Virus record (IMG/VR): IMGVR_UViG_3300030329_005426
Span: 64,001 to 128,000 of that record
Strand: one strand, 5' to 3'
Source: a virus
Length of the DNA: 64,000 bases
Numbering within the stretch: the first letter of the stretch is position 1; every line of letters starts with the position of its first letter. The position numbers and the translations under genes were made by a program. The notes under the pieces were generated by a model. That model did not search any database and was not told the origin of the DNA. It saw nothing but the letters and a program-made list of their open reading frames with translations. This document shows positions 35,914 to 45,397 of the stretch, piece by piece.

Positions 35914-36879
35914 ACGTGAATCAAACATTTTTGCCACGTACGTATTGATAAAATCGTGATATCGCACTAGGTCCGGGGCACTGGAAATTGCAACATCCAT
36001 AATATTATGGGCGGTATCGAGGTTGGAGCAATCATAAACCACAGCTGAATAATCAGCGCGACCGTAAGCACAAACAGGTTTACTATGCAGTATCGCCTCC
36101 ATCCCGACTCCTGAATTAACCATACAGACCATAGCACTGTTAGCAATAAGGTCGTTAATATTAACATTGTCTGCCCACAAATATCCTTTCCCAATCTCTC
36201 TCAGTTCTTTCATTGAGCCCGGATTGACAGGGTGACCCTTAATTATCAACTCTAAGCCCCTACTTTCACAGAAGTCAATTGTACACTGGAGTGCTTGAGC
36301 AACACTCACATCACTGTGAAAGCGAATCGTTTCATCATGAGGAATCTGACAAGGAAAGAATACATATCCCTTATGTTCAAAGGTGTTGGGTCCATTATAC
36401 CCATCCATCTTCGGCTGAGGAAATTTACTCTCGCCCTTATTCAGTCTCTCTTGTAGTTCCATAAATCGTTCAACGTGACTGTCCTCTGGTTGGATAGGCC
36501 ACACCGATGCATCAGGACCCCATCCTTTAGGATCGATTTGAAATAGCCACGGAAACACCATCTGCATATAATACTGTGGATTATATTTTTTATCTACAGG
36601 AAATTGATGTGACTGTTTATGAGGAATATATACTTTATCAGGTTTCATCGTAACTACAAGCTCTGGTGTGAATTGCCAGTTAGGTAATTCCAAAACTTTA
36701 ACAATGTTTCCTTTCTCCTCCTCGATCGAGGCAAGTTTATCAACAAACCTTTTCCAATGCATTCTGATTGGCTCTATAGATCCGCGTTCTTTAGGCACAG
36801 GACCTTTTTTAAACATTATGTCTAGTCTAGGCTTAAATATTAGGACTTTTTCCAAAATCGTTCCTCCGCGCCATCCCAC
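35911..36879 (-). CDS. Capsule biosynthesis KpsS/KpsC-like (beta-Kdo transferase-like) protein
   Basis: FFPCQIPHD, IIKGHP, VNSGVGMEAILH.KPV..YG...Y. Confidence 0.7.
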   Translation of the reverse strand: MGWRGGTILEKVLIFKPRLDIMFKKGPVPKERGSIEPIRMHWKRFVDKLASIEEEKGNIVKVLELPNWQFTPELVVTMKPDKVYIPHKQSHQFPVDKKYNPQYYMQMVFPWLFQIDPKGWGPDASVWPIQPEDSHVERFMELQERLNKGESKFPQPKMDGYNGPNTFEHKGYVFFPCQIPHDETIRFHSDVSVAQALQCTIDFCESRGLELIIKGHPVNPGSMKELREIGKGYLWADNVNINDLIANSAMVCMVNSGVGMEAILHSKPVCAYGRADYSAVVYDCSNLDTAHNIMDVAISSAPDLVRYHDFINTYVAKMFDSR

Positions 36880-37580
36880 ATGTCTCTGTAAACTTGCTGG
36901 TGACGGACATATGTTTCGTTGTCATATTTACGTGGACCTTTTCCTGTCCATATCGAAGTGCCTTCGATAAATTCCCAATCCATATCTTTTTCAGTGAATT
37001 GATAGAATTTATATTTGTCGCGCCATTTATTATATGTTTGCCAAAGTGCAACTTGGTCAATAAACCATATTAGTTTGTTCTGGCATAGCGCTGTTGATAC
37101 CTCCATTGCAAAATCTAGGCTTTGTTGTGTCATATAGACCATGCCAGCAGCACATTTAGTTCCCTCTTTTTCCCATCCAACGGTTCCTGGAAGTGGATCT
37201 CTTAAAAATAATCCAAGATCGGCGTCTGGAAATTCAATATGATTCATAATCAGACAATCCGCGTCTATAATCATTAATCGCCGGGCGCCTTGTTGTAAAA
37301 GATGAGGAGCTATAATAAATCGATTGCAGCTGTAGTATTCTCTGTTTTCGGGCCCGCCATGCTCTTGACTAATGGTTAAATTGATGTCTAGATCATGCTT
37401 CAGTAAAACAAAATCAGCAGCGGTCCGTTCATCCGGGTTCATTACATGTATATGTAAATCGTTATTGTTCTCATTAGCAGTATAAGCTAGCGGCTTAGCA
37501 AAATCATGGAAGTATTTTTGATCACATGAACAGAATAAAACATCCCCATTAGGTTTATCACCAGATAATTCAATTTCCAT
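36840..37580 (-). CDS. Nucleotide-diphospho-sugar (GT-A) transferase-like protein
   Basis: YYSCNRF, IIDAD (DxD), WFIDQ, IWTGKG. Confidence 0.65.
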   Translation of the reverse strand: MEIELSGDKPNGDVLFCSCDQKYFHDFAKPLAYTANENNNDLHIHVMNPDERTAADFVLLKHDLDINLTISQEHGGPENREYYSCNRFIIAPHLLQQGARRLMIIDADCLIMNHIEFPDADLGLFLRDPLPGTVGWEKEGTKCAAGMVYMTQQSLDFAMEVSTALCQNKLIWFIDQVALWQTYNKWRDKYKFYQFTEKDMDWEFIEGTSIWTGKGPRKYDNETYVRHQQVYRDMWDGAEERFWKKS

Positions 37581-38184
37581 TATTATTCCTTTCAGAAATC
37601 CATCTACATGATGGTACTCTCATAAGTTCGGTACCGGATATTTTTCTATAATACCTAGATGAGCTTACTCGATTTTTCGTTAAATATATTTTACCTCTAC
37701 GATCATTGTCACTGACAATGGCAAATGGATATAACATAAGCTCCTGACCTTTATGGTAATCAAGCCATTGACGCATTAAAATTAGCATCGCTGAAAAATG
37801 CAGGATATGAAAATTATCGAAGCACCATATACCATCATCCTTCATTTTATTATACATTATATTAATTACAGCTGCTATATCTTTGCCATTAGACATAGCA
37901 TCATAATGAAATTTATCAACTGAATCGTCATCCAATCCTCTTAGATATTTTGAATTTGTACAATCTTCGCGAATATAATTCCATTGACAAGGGATACCCA
38001 CCATCTTACTATGAATATCATCAGACATAGATTCAATATCAATTCCAGTAATATCATCACATAATGTAGCCAGCATGGCATAAGTTCCGCCGTCACCAAC
38101 TCCACATTCAATACCACAGCGGCCTGAATTTAACTTCATTATGTCAACGAACCATTTACTATGAAACGGTGATTGCATCATCAA
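37570..38184 (-). CDS. Class I SAM-dependent methyltransferase
   Basis: IECGV.DG, TGID, FHYDA, DDGIWCFDN. Confidence 0.6.
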   Translation of the reverse strand: MMMQSPFHSKWFVDIMKLNSGRCGIECGVGDGGTYAMLATLCDDITGIDIESMSDDIHSKMVGIPCQWNYIREDCTNSKYLRGLDDDSVDKFHYDAMSNGKDIAAVINIMYNKMKDDGIWCFDNFHILHFSAMLILMRQWLDYHKGQELMLYPFAIVSDNDRRGKIYLTKNRVSSSRYYRKISGTELMRVPSCRWISERNNNGN

Positions 38185-38704
38185 TACCTTGCTTAAAAAC
38201 TATATGATACCTGATTTCATTTGAATTATTAACAACACAGTGATCATTATATACTTTTAATTTATAAATTTCACCTGGTTTGTATGGGATTATCCCACAC
38301 GGATAAACACCAAATTTACATCCATCAGGATAATTCAAAGCCATATTATATAACCAGTCAGGATCATCTGGTTTGTAATCATGTGAGTGAGGAGGTATAA
38401 CACCACCTGGATCTAATTTCATTACCTCAGGCTTATAATATTGTGGATGGAGTTTGAACCATTCATTTATAATAGGTAGCTTTTTATCAGTTGGAAAACA
38501 AGACCATCTCTTTTCAAAAATCTTATCACCCCAGCCATATGGTACCCAATCGTCAAACGCCTGGCATTCTTGTAACCATTCGGATGCTAAATCCCGCCAT
38601 GTATCATAAAGTAACCAACACTCCAGATGAATATTTCTCGGCCGGAAATGTTCTGGTGGTAATGCTTCCCAGAATGATTTAGTTGTAAATTCAGATTTAG
38701 CCAT
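38159..38704 (-). CDS. Aspartyl/asparaginyl beta-hydroxylase-like 2OG oxygenase
   Basis: LDPGGVIPPHSH, HCVVNNSNEIRYHI. Confidence 0.7.
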   Translation of the reverse strand: MAKSEFTTKSFWEALPPEHFRPRNIHLECWLLYDTWRDLASEWLQECQAFDDWVPYGWGDKIFEKRWSCFPTDKKLPIINEWFKLHPQYYKPEVMKLDPGGVIPPHSHDYKPDDPDWLYNMALNYPDGCKFGVYPCGIIPYKPGEIYKLKVYNDHCVVNNSNEIRYHIVFKQGIDDAITVS

Positions 38705-39314
38705 CTGGCGCTAATACCGTTAGGTGTAATTTATACGTAGCTTCGCATACCGCAAAAGAACATCCGCAGTGCAAATAATGAGATGGCCATTGTACCACAT
38801 CTCCGACACCTAAACCAATCTTTCGATCAATTGTAAGTCCAATTTCTCTTGACTTCTTTAAAAGATGTGAGAAGGTTCGTTTTTCATGTGGATACCCTTC
38901 CATTAAAGGCGTAGCGGTTAAACCTTGAATTGCATGTATACCGTCTTTTAATCCTGTCCATTCGTCGCGGTTAACGTACTGTTTAAAAAGAACAGTATAC
39001 ATTGGAGCTAAGGCATCAGTATCTAAAACTACATATTTTGTAGTAGATGGCATGCTGCGCGTAAAATGATTTTGTACATCAAATAAAACATCAGCGTGAA
39101 CGCTAAGTGGTTTCGTTAACCGAGCAATCTGCCCGCCTATTGCGCCTCTTATACCAAATTTACCTCTTACCCAATCTTCAAGTTCAGGGTAGAAAGTTGT
39201 TGTTATCAACTCGCCAACCTTAACCTTTGTTCCAATATAATATGGCTTGCGGTGTGAAATACCTTTTCGCCATAAGAACTTTAGGTGTTTAATATCATCT
39301 TCCGATAATCGCAT
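38697..39314 (-). CDS. Hypothetical protein (possible cupin/oxygenase)
   Basis: VHAD...GDVVQW....LHC. Confidence 0.45.
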   Translation of the reverse strand: MRLSEDDIKHLKFLWRKGISHRKPYYIGTKVKVGELITTTFYPELEDWVRGKFGIRGAIGGQIARLTKPLSVHADVLFDVQNHFTRSMPSTTKYVVLDTDALAPMYTVLFKQYVNRDEWTGLKDGIHAIQGLTATPLMEGYPHEKRTFSHLLKKSREIGLTIDRKIGLGVGDVVQWPSHYLHCGCSFAVCEATYKLHLTVLAPDG

Positions 39315-40017
39315 AATTATCTATCACCTTTTCAGGAGGGGTAGGAATAAATCCTTCTGCAACGGCTTCATCCAACCAATCATAGTAAAGTTGTTTGATA
39401 TCTTCGCGAGGATGTTCCTTCTGCGGGCCGTTATACCATTCAGGGCGCCAAGGCTGCGTAGCCATATTAGTATAATGTAATTGTTTAATTTCCCCAATAC
39501 CAAAGTCTTCGCCATCAAGACAATTCCATCTAGGATCTATATCTTTTACTAGATCACCATTACCGCTAAATTTTTTAATCATGCGGTGATGAAATTCTGT
39601 ATTGTGCTTTTGACGTCTTATAGGAACTACATGATCTTCCATAGCAGCACAATCGATTAACATAACACAGAATTCATGGCCACCAAAACGCTGGCCACGG
39701 CGAGCTCCTATAGGCTTGCCATCTAAAGGTGTATCCCACAATTCTTTAATATCATGCAAATTAATCATATCGCAATCTGTATAAATTGCTTTGCCTTTAA
39801 AATCACAATATTCAGGTATAAACCACCTATAGCCACTAAATGGTGTTGACCAATGTATTGTAGCATCATTATACCAAAAATCATTTTCGTCTGGTGTTTG
39901 GCGCATCCATACAATTTCTATATCATCTGTTGCATGTTTACGCAAGCTATATTCATAGACACATTCTATACCAGCATCTTCTCCGTTGCTTGAAGAACCG
40001 ATGAATATTTTGATCAT
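39295..40017 (-). CDS. GT8-like glycosyltransferase
   Basis: IFIG, STPFS..RW.IP, AIYTDCDM, RWNCLD, LHYT.M.TQPW. Confidence 0.8.
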   Translation of the reverse strand: MIKIFIGSSSNGEDAGIECVYEYSLRKHATDDIEIVWMRQTPDENDFWYNDATIHWSTPFSGYRWFIPEYCDFKGKAIYTDCDMINLHDIKELWDTPLDGKPIGARRGQRFGGHEFCVMLIDCAAMEDHVVPIRRQKHNTEFHHRMIKKFSGNGDLVKDIDPRWNCLDGEDFGIGEIKQLHYTNMATQPWRPEWYNGPQKEHPREDIKQLYYDWLDEAVAEGFIPTPPEKVIDNYAIIGR

Positions 40018-40211
40018 AGGTATTTCTCTCGTATAATTTCGAGTTTATCATGTGCTTCTGCAACTCTTGCAACTTGTGTATCCACTGCTGCCACAAGATC
40101 TGGATGTTCACCTATTCCGGCTGGGTTAGCAATATACACTCCGATATTTGCTTCGCCTTCTGCAATCTCTGCTAAGTACTTTTGCTCTAATGCCTTTATA
40201 ATTCCACTCAT
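40014..40211 (-). CDS. Conserved small phage protein
   Basis: ANI.VY..NP.GIGEHPDLV. Confidence 0.7.
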   Translation of the reverse strand: MSGIIKALEQKYLAEIAEGEANIGVYIANPAGIGEHPDLVAAVDTQVARVAEAHDKLEIIREKYL

Positions 40212-40227
40212 TTTATTTCTCCTAACA

Positions 40228-40911
40228 TTATATATCTCTTTCGTTAAAAAAGAACAGCCCCCTGTTTTGCATAAACGGTTTTCTCATGTTTGAGGCTTCG
40301 CGCATCCTCATAGTTGTTTCCTCATCATATTTCAACAACCGTTTACCGAACTCTTCTACCCAATATGATTCTTCCTGACAATTAACATGGTGATGTCCAG
40401 GCCAGCCCGGCGGAGCGTATGTTATAGCAACCATTCGACATTTCTCGAAAATACACATCCAGTTATCTAAATATTCTTCTTCGACATGCTCAACGAATTC
40501 CACGCTCCATCCAATATCAAAATACCAATCTAAATTCAATGGACCTGTTACAAAATCGTGAATAATTACCGGAGCTTTTTCTTCTTTAGGTACTTGATAA
40601 TCACCATCTACACCAACAGCATTCAATCCTTTATCCATAGCAAACTGAACCATACCAGCTGTTGCGCAGCCAATATCGATAAATGATTCTACTTTTTTAA
40701 TACCTATTTCAGGGCCTACAATATCTTTCAGGAACGTAAAAGCGCCTCGGTCCATATGGGTCTTTTCAAGATGCCCACCAAGATGCTCTCCAATTGGTTT
40801 GGTTGGATTTTCTATGCGTTGTTCTTTGAGTTTACGGACCAGGAATTGATCCCATGATTCATGCGGATGATTTTCATCCTTGTAATCAAAAGTATCTGCG
40901 CCAGTCATCAT
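40228..40911 (-). CDS. SAM-dependent methyltransferase
   Basis: IDIGC..AG, GVDG, EFVEHV, GHHHVNCQ...YW. Confidence 0.8.
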   Translation of the reverse strand: MMTGADTFDYKDENHPHESWDQFLVRKLKEQRIENPTKPIGEHLGGHLEKTHMDRGAFTFLKDIVGPEIGIKKVESFIDIGCATAGMVQFAMDKGLNAVGVDGDYQVPKEEKAPVIIHDFVTGPLNLDWYFDIGWSVEFVEHVEEEYLDNWMCIFEKCRMVAITYAPPGWPGHHHVNCQEESYWVEEFGKRLLKYDEETTMRMREASNMRKPFMQNRGLFFFNERDI

Positions 40912-41356
40912 TTATCACCCTCGCTTCCATTATATGTTCAGGTCGCCTTTTATACTTAATTAAAATATTATCATTATAATATTTATCGTCTTCTAATACA
41001 TTTAATGCAAACTGCAGTTTGGTTTCTGTATAGTTCACATCACCACGTGTTTTATGTAATGAGATTATCTCTCGTCTAAAACACCTTTGCCCAAAGCAGT
41101 CAACGTCTTCTTTAAGCCTTTCCGAAGAACCGTAGTAATCTTTCCAATCACTCTCTTTCTTAATTCGGCGCGCGCCTTTTTTCGCGCCAGGCTTTTTTCG
41201 GATATTCCAAAAATACTTCCTGCCGATGTATGACTTACCATCTGCATCATCCTTACGAATAACATAGACGAACCCGACATGATTTCCTATATCCTCCGAA
41301 TTAAATGGTTGTCCATTAAACAACCATGGATTTTCGTATGTAATTATTCGACCCAT
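40886..41356 (-). CDS. GIY-YIG family endonuclease
   Basis: GFVY.I.....KSYIGRK, ESDWKDYYGSS, YYNDNI. Confidence 0.8.
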   Translation of the reverse strand: MGRIITYENPWLFNGQPFNSEDIGNHVGFVYVIRKDDADGKSYIGRKYFWNIRKKPGAKKGARRIKKESDWKDYYGSSERLKEDVDCFGQRCFRREIISLHKTRGDVNYTETKLQFALNVLEDDKYYNDNILIKYKRRPEHIMEARVINDDWRRYF

Positions 41357-41550
41357 TCTTCTTCATCATCAAAATCCGAATCATCCCAATCATCATCGTC
41401 GTTATCATACTCCTCAACCATAATTATCTCGCTACCACAAAACGCGCAGTAAAATGGATTCGTTTGATCTGTTTCTTCAGTATTCCATGATATCATATAG
41501 TCAGCACCACAGTCATCACAGACTATCTTTTCTTTTTCTACTTCGGGCAA
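41344..41550 (-). CDS. Zinc-ribbon protein with acidic tail
   Basis: CDDC...CAFC followed by a D/E-rich tail. Confidence 0.65.
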   Translation of the reverse strand: MPEVEKEKIVCDDCGADYMISWNTEETDQTNPFYCAFCGSEIIMVEEYDNDDDDWDDSDFDDEEEWVE

Positions 41551-42017
41551 ATTTCCGCTCCTAAATTATGGACGGGTATATTTGATGTTTCTAAAAAATT
41601 AATGCCATAATTATTTTTATACAATTCTCCGTAAAACACTTCTGATATACCTGTCTGTAAAATTAACTTAGCACAATCTATACACGGTGCACATGATATG
41701 TATATCACAGATCCATCCCCCGATTCATTACTTTTAGCAAGTTTAGCAATAGCATTACTCTCAGCATGAAGGACTTCATCGCGTGTTTCTAAATGTTCTG
41801 TCTCTGGTAAAAATGGCTCGCTTATTACTTTCTCGCAATTATTATCCCAGCCAGTTGGCATACCATTCCAACCCATGCTGATAATTCTACCATCCTTGAC
41901 AATTACAGCACCTACCTGTTTACGACGAGCATGGGACATTTGCCCTACCCGATTTGCTATATCCATATACAAGGAATGGTAGCGTGCTTCTTTTGTTAGC
42001 GCCATACTTCCGACCAA
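41538..42017 (-). CDS. cd: dCMP deaminase
   Basis: VGAVIV, GWNG, HAESNAI, PCIDC. Confidence 0.92.
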   Translation of the reverse strand: MVGSMALTKEARYHSLYMDIANRVGQMSHARRKQVGAVIVKDGRIISMGWNGMPTGWDNNCEKVISEPFLPETEHLETRDEVLHAESNAIAKLAKSNESGDGSVIYISCAPCIDCAKLILQTGISEVFYGELYKNNYGINFLETSNIPVHNLGAEICPK

Positions 42018-42964
42018 TTGCCTGACAAGGCACCTTTTGCATAATCTGTTGCTCTATTTTCAAAGAAATTAGTATGTGTCGGTGCGTTTATCATTTCTTC
42101 CACCCATGGCAAAGGATTTTCTTTTACTTTATAAATCCCCTTCATGCCCATACTTATCAATCTACGGTCGCAGATATATCTAATATATTCTTTAACCTCG
42201 TCTTGTGTTAAGCCGTCCACTGCCCCCATTTTAAAGGCGAGTTCAATAAACTTATCCTCTAGCTCAACCATCTTGGTTGCTATAGTATATATCTGGCCTT
42301 TAGTATCGTCATTCCAGATCTCGCGATGCTCTTCAACATAGGTTCTAAATAGCCTGATCAATCCTTCTGTATGCAATGTTTCATCAACGATTGACCATGT
42401 AATAATTTGTCCCATGCCTTTCATTTTACCCATACGAGGAAAATTAAGCAACATAATAAAAGAACTGAATAACGCAAGGCCTTCCGTGAAGGCACTGATT
42501 GCAGCAATTTTAACTGGTACATAAGCACCGTTCATAATTTTACTATGAAAATATTCATGCTTCTCACGCATAGCATCGTATTCTAAAAATTCATTGTATG
42601 TTGATTCAGGCATACCTAAAGTTTCAATAAGATGACTATACGCTGCAACATGTAAAGCTTCACGAGCTGCAAATCCCATCAACATCATACGAACTTCTGG
42701 CTGTGGGAAATATGGCAAATAATTATTAACGTAACCTCCCGCAACATCCAAATCACTTTGCGTAAAGAAGCGAAAGATATTAGTTAAGAAAAATTTCTCT
42801 TCGCTTGAAAGACGGTTCTTCCAATCCTTTACGTCCTCCAGCATTGGGACTTCAGTATGAATCCAATGCGATTGTTCGTGCTGCAGCCAAAAATCATAGG
42901 CCCATGGGTAATGAAAAGGTTTGAAATAATTTCGTTCATCGGTTACTTTAAGTATCTTGGTCAT
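41996..42964 (-). CDS. nrdB: Ribonucleotide reductase class Ia beta subunit
   Basis: FFTQSD, EALH, EGLALFSSF, DETLH, NFFENRATDY. Confidence 0.96.
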   Translation of the reverse strand: MTKILKVTDERNYFKPFHYPWAYDFWLQHEQSHWIHTEVPMLEDVKDWKNRLSSEEKFFLTNIFRFFTQSDLDVAGGYVNNYLPYFPQPEVRMMLMGFAAREALHVAAYSHLIETLGMPESTYNEFLEYDAMREKHEYFHSKIMNGAYVPVKIAAISAFTEGLALFSSFIMLLNFPRMGKMKGMGQIITWSIVDETLHTEGLIRLFRTYVEEHREIWNDDTKGQIYTIATKMVELEDKFIELAFKMGAVDGLTQDEVKEYIRYICDRRLISMGMKGIYKVKENPLPWVEEMINAPTHTNFFENRATDYAKGALSGNWSEVWR

Positions 42965-44755
42965 TTATCCCTCGCAGGCTAGGCATTCTTCTTGATTGAC
43001 GATTGCATTAAAATCGATTTCCTTAATAATATCTCGCTCGATTTTTCGCGAGACTTTATCGGCCTTCCTTATTTTCTCAGATCGACAATAATACAATGTC
43101 TTCAGGCCCTGCTTCCATGCGGAAAAATGAACTGCATGGACATATTTAATGTCCGCATCGGGTCTAAAAAACAGGTTTACAGATTGAGATTGATCAATAG
43201 ATTTTTGCCGGTCAGCTGCATGCTCTATAACCCAGCGTTGATCAATTTCCATACTAGTTTTATATATGGCTTTTTCATTTTCGTCTAAACATTTCAAGTG
43301 CTGAACACTACCGTCATTTGCAATGATAGTAGACCATATTTTGTCGTAATTTAATTTACTATCTTCTTCGCACTTTTCCTTGATAAGTTTATCCAGGAAT
43401 TTGTTTTTATTAAGATTAGAACCAGAAATTGTATCCTGCCTATAAGCATTAGCACGCCATGGCTCAATCGATGGTGATGTATTACCCATAATGATAGATG
43501 AAGATGCATTAGGAGCTACTGCCATTAAATGGCTAAACCGCTGTCCTGTTCCTTCTGCATCAGGAGCCTCACCACGTTCTTTTCCAAGTGCTTTATTAGC
43601 TTCGTCTAAACCCTTTCTAATATGTTTAAACATTCGCATATTAGCAGATTTAGCTAGCGCTCCTTCAAATGCCATGCCTTTCTTTTGAAGATAAGCATGA
43701 AAGCCTAGAGCACCGACGCCAATACTTCTTTCCTGTTGAGCGCTATTGATTGCTTTGTGAATCGCTTTAGGTGCAGTATCAATGAACACGTTTAATACAT
43801 TATCCAACATTTCAGCTACGTCACGAAGAAATTGTTTATCTTTTGACCATGAATCATAATATTCAAGATTCAAAGAAGACAGGCAACATACCGCAGTTCT
43901 CTCCCTACTTGTCGGTAGAATAATTTCACTGCATAGATTGCTTTGATTAACTGTGAGCCCTTTATCTTTAAGGAATTGTGGAAGATGCTCGTTGCTTGTA
44001 TCAATAAAATGCAGATATGGTTCGCCTGTATGCATTCTCATTTCAAGAATACGTTGCCATATTTCCTTTGCTGATACTGTTTCGCGGACGTCTCCGTTAT
44101 GTGGATCAATTAAATCCCAATCATCTGGCACACCAGGTTCTACCATACAAGACTCAATGATTTCCATAAACTTATTTGAAATATTGATTCCGTGATGCAG
44201 ATTCAGACAACGAAAATTTTGATCACCGGTTGCTTTACGCATCTCAAGAAAAAGAAGAATGTCAGGATGGGAGACATCAAGATAAGCGGCATAAGATCCA
44301 CGGCGTGTCTTTCCCTGCCTGTAAGCAAGTGAAGAAGCATCATACATTTTTAGATGAGGCATAACACCTGTTGATTTTTCATCAGCTGAACGCATACCAA
44401 ATCCAATACCAACTCCACCACCTAACATAGACAGCCAATTAGTTTCAGATAATGTATCAACAAGGCCTTCCGCACTATCTTCAATATAATTCAAATAACA
44501 AGAAATAGGTAAGCCCCTTTGCGTTTTACCATACGCTAAGATTGGTGTACTATACGACAACCAATGCCTACTACTATAATCATATAAGCGTTGTGCATGC
44601 TCAGGATTACTACCAAATGTTTTAGATACAAATGCAAATCGTTCTTGTGGCGACTGTTCTGTATCCAACATATATGATTCCTTGAGTCGAGTAATTCCGA
44701 TCTCATCGAATAAATTATCCCTATTGGGATCAACTAAGATTCCCTGTACGTCCAT
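42965..44755 (-). CDS. nrdA: Ribonucleotide reductase class Ia alpha subunit (no ATP cone)
   Basis: PISCYL, GGGVG, SNLCSEI, APNASSS, LKTLYY, C-terminal CLACEG. Confidence 0.96.
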   Translation of the reverse strand: MDVQGILVDPNRDNLFDEIGITRLKESYMLDTEQSPQERFAFVSKTFGSNPEHAQRLYDYSSRHWLSYSTPILAYGKTQRGLPISCYLNYIEDSAEGLVDTLSETNWLSMLGGGVGIGFGMRSADEKSTGVMPHLKMYDASSLAYRQGKTRRGSYAAYLDVSHPDILLFLEMRKATGDQNFRCLNLHHGINISNKFMEIIESCMVEPGVPDDWDLIDPHNGDVRETVSAKEIWQRILEMRMHTGEPYLHFIDTSNEHLPQFLKDKGLTVNQSNLCSEIILPTSRERTAVCCLSSLNLEYYDSWSKDKQFLRDVAEMLDNVLNVFIDTAPKAIHKAINSAQQERSIGVGALGFHAYLQKKGMAFEGALAKSANMRMFKHIRKGLDEANKALGKERGEAPDAEGTGQRFSHLMAVAPNASSSIIMGNTSPSIEPWRANAYRQDTISGSNLNKNKFLDKLIKEKCEEDSKLNYDKIWSTIIANDGSVQHLKCLDENEKAIYKTSMEIDQRWVIEHAADRQKSIDQSQSVNLFFRPDADIKYVHAVHFSAWKQGLKTLYYCRSEKIRKADKVSRKIERDIIKEIDFNAIVNQEECLACEG

Positions 44756-44764
44756 TTCCTATCC

Positions 44765-45397
44765 TTATTTTACTAAATGAATCCAGCTAACTGGAAATTG
44801 TTCCTGCGCCGCATCGGAAATTTGTTGAGCGACAATTCGAGTTTCTACTTGAGCATCGTCTTTTAACCGAAGGTTGCAGACACGAGCAAAAGCATATAAT
44901 GTTCCGCTCCAATACCATTCAGTCATCATTGATTGCGGTAATACCATACGAGCCATTTCAGGTGCGATACCTAAACGCAGCATATTAGTATAGGTTGTTT
45001 TAACAAATTCCAATGTAGAGCCTAAGTGATATTCTATAGTCTCATCAGAGGAACCTTGTTTCTTATCGGCTGCTGCCAATCTCCATTCTGTGGGGTTATA
45101 GAACTCCGGCTCATCATCGACATATCGTCTAGACACCTCATTCCATGTTAACCCTACCTGATGTTTTACTAATTGACGGGCAACAAAAACAGGAGCCTTG
45201 ATATGGAATTGCATAGAAGCATGCCCAAAAGGACTCCAGTGATTATGTTCAGCTAGATACTTAATAAGTCTTGTATCACCCTTATTATCAAATTCTTTAT
45301 GTTCTTTTGCAAAGGAAACCCGCGCCGCATTAACAACAGTAAGATCGGAACCCATATGATCAATCAAGGACGCAGTAATCATCAGCACTTTTTCCAA
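44765..45397 (-). CDS. thyX: FAD-dependent thymidylate synthase
   Basis: NAARVSF, HWSPF, RQLVKH, NEVSRRY, EMARMVLP. Confidence 0.95.
   Translation of the reverse strand: MEKVLMITASLIDHMGSDLTVVNAARVSFAKEHKEFDNKGDTRLIKYLAEHNHWSPFGHASMQFHIKAPVFVARQLVKHQVGLTWNEVSRRYVDDEPEFYNPTEWRLAAADKKQGSSDETIEYHLGSTLEFVKTTYTNMLRLGIAPEMARMVLPQSMMTEWYWSGTLYAFARVCNLRLKDDAQVETRIVAQQISDAAQEQFPVSWIHLVK

Noticed and set aside
40886-44755. Mobile intron or intein in nrdA/nrdB, or an intron-encoded GIY-YIG
   Set aside because: nrdA and nrdB are continuous and of normal short length. The GIY-YIG gene is free-standing and overlaps its neighbours, leaving no room for intron structure.
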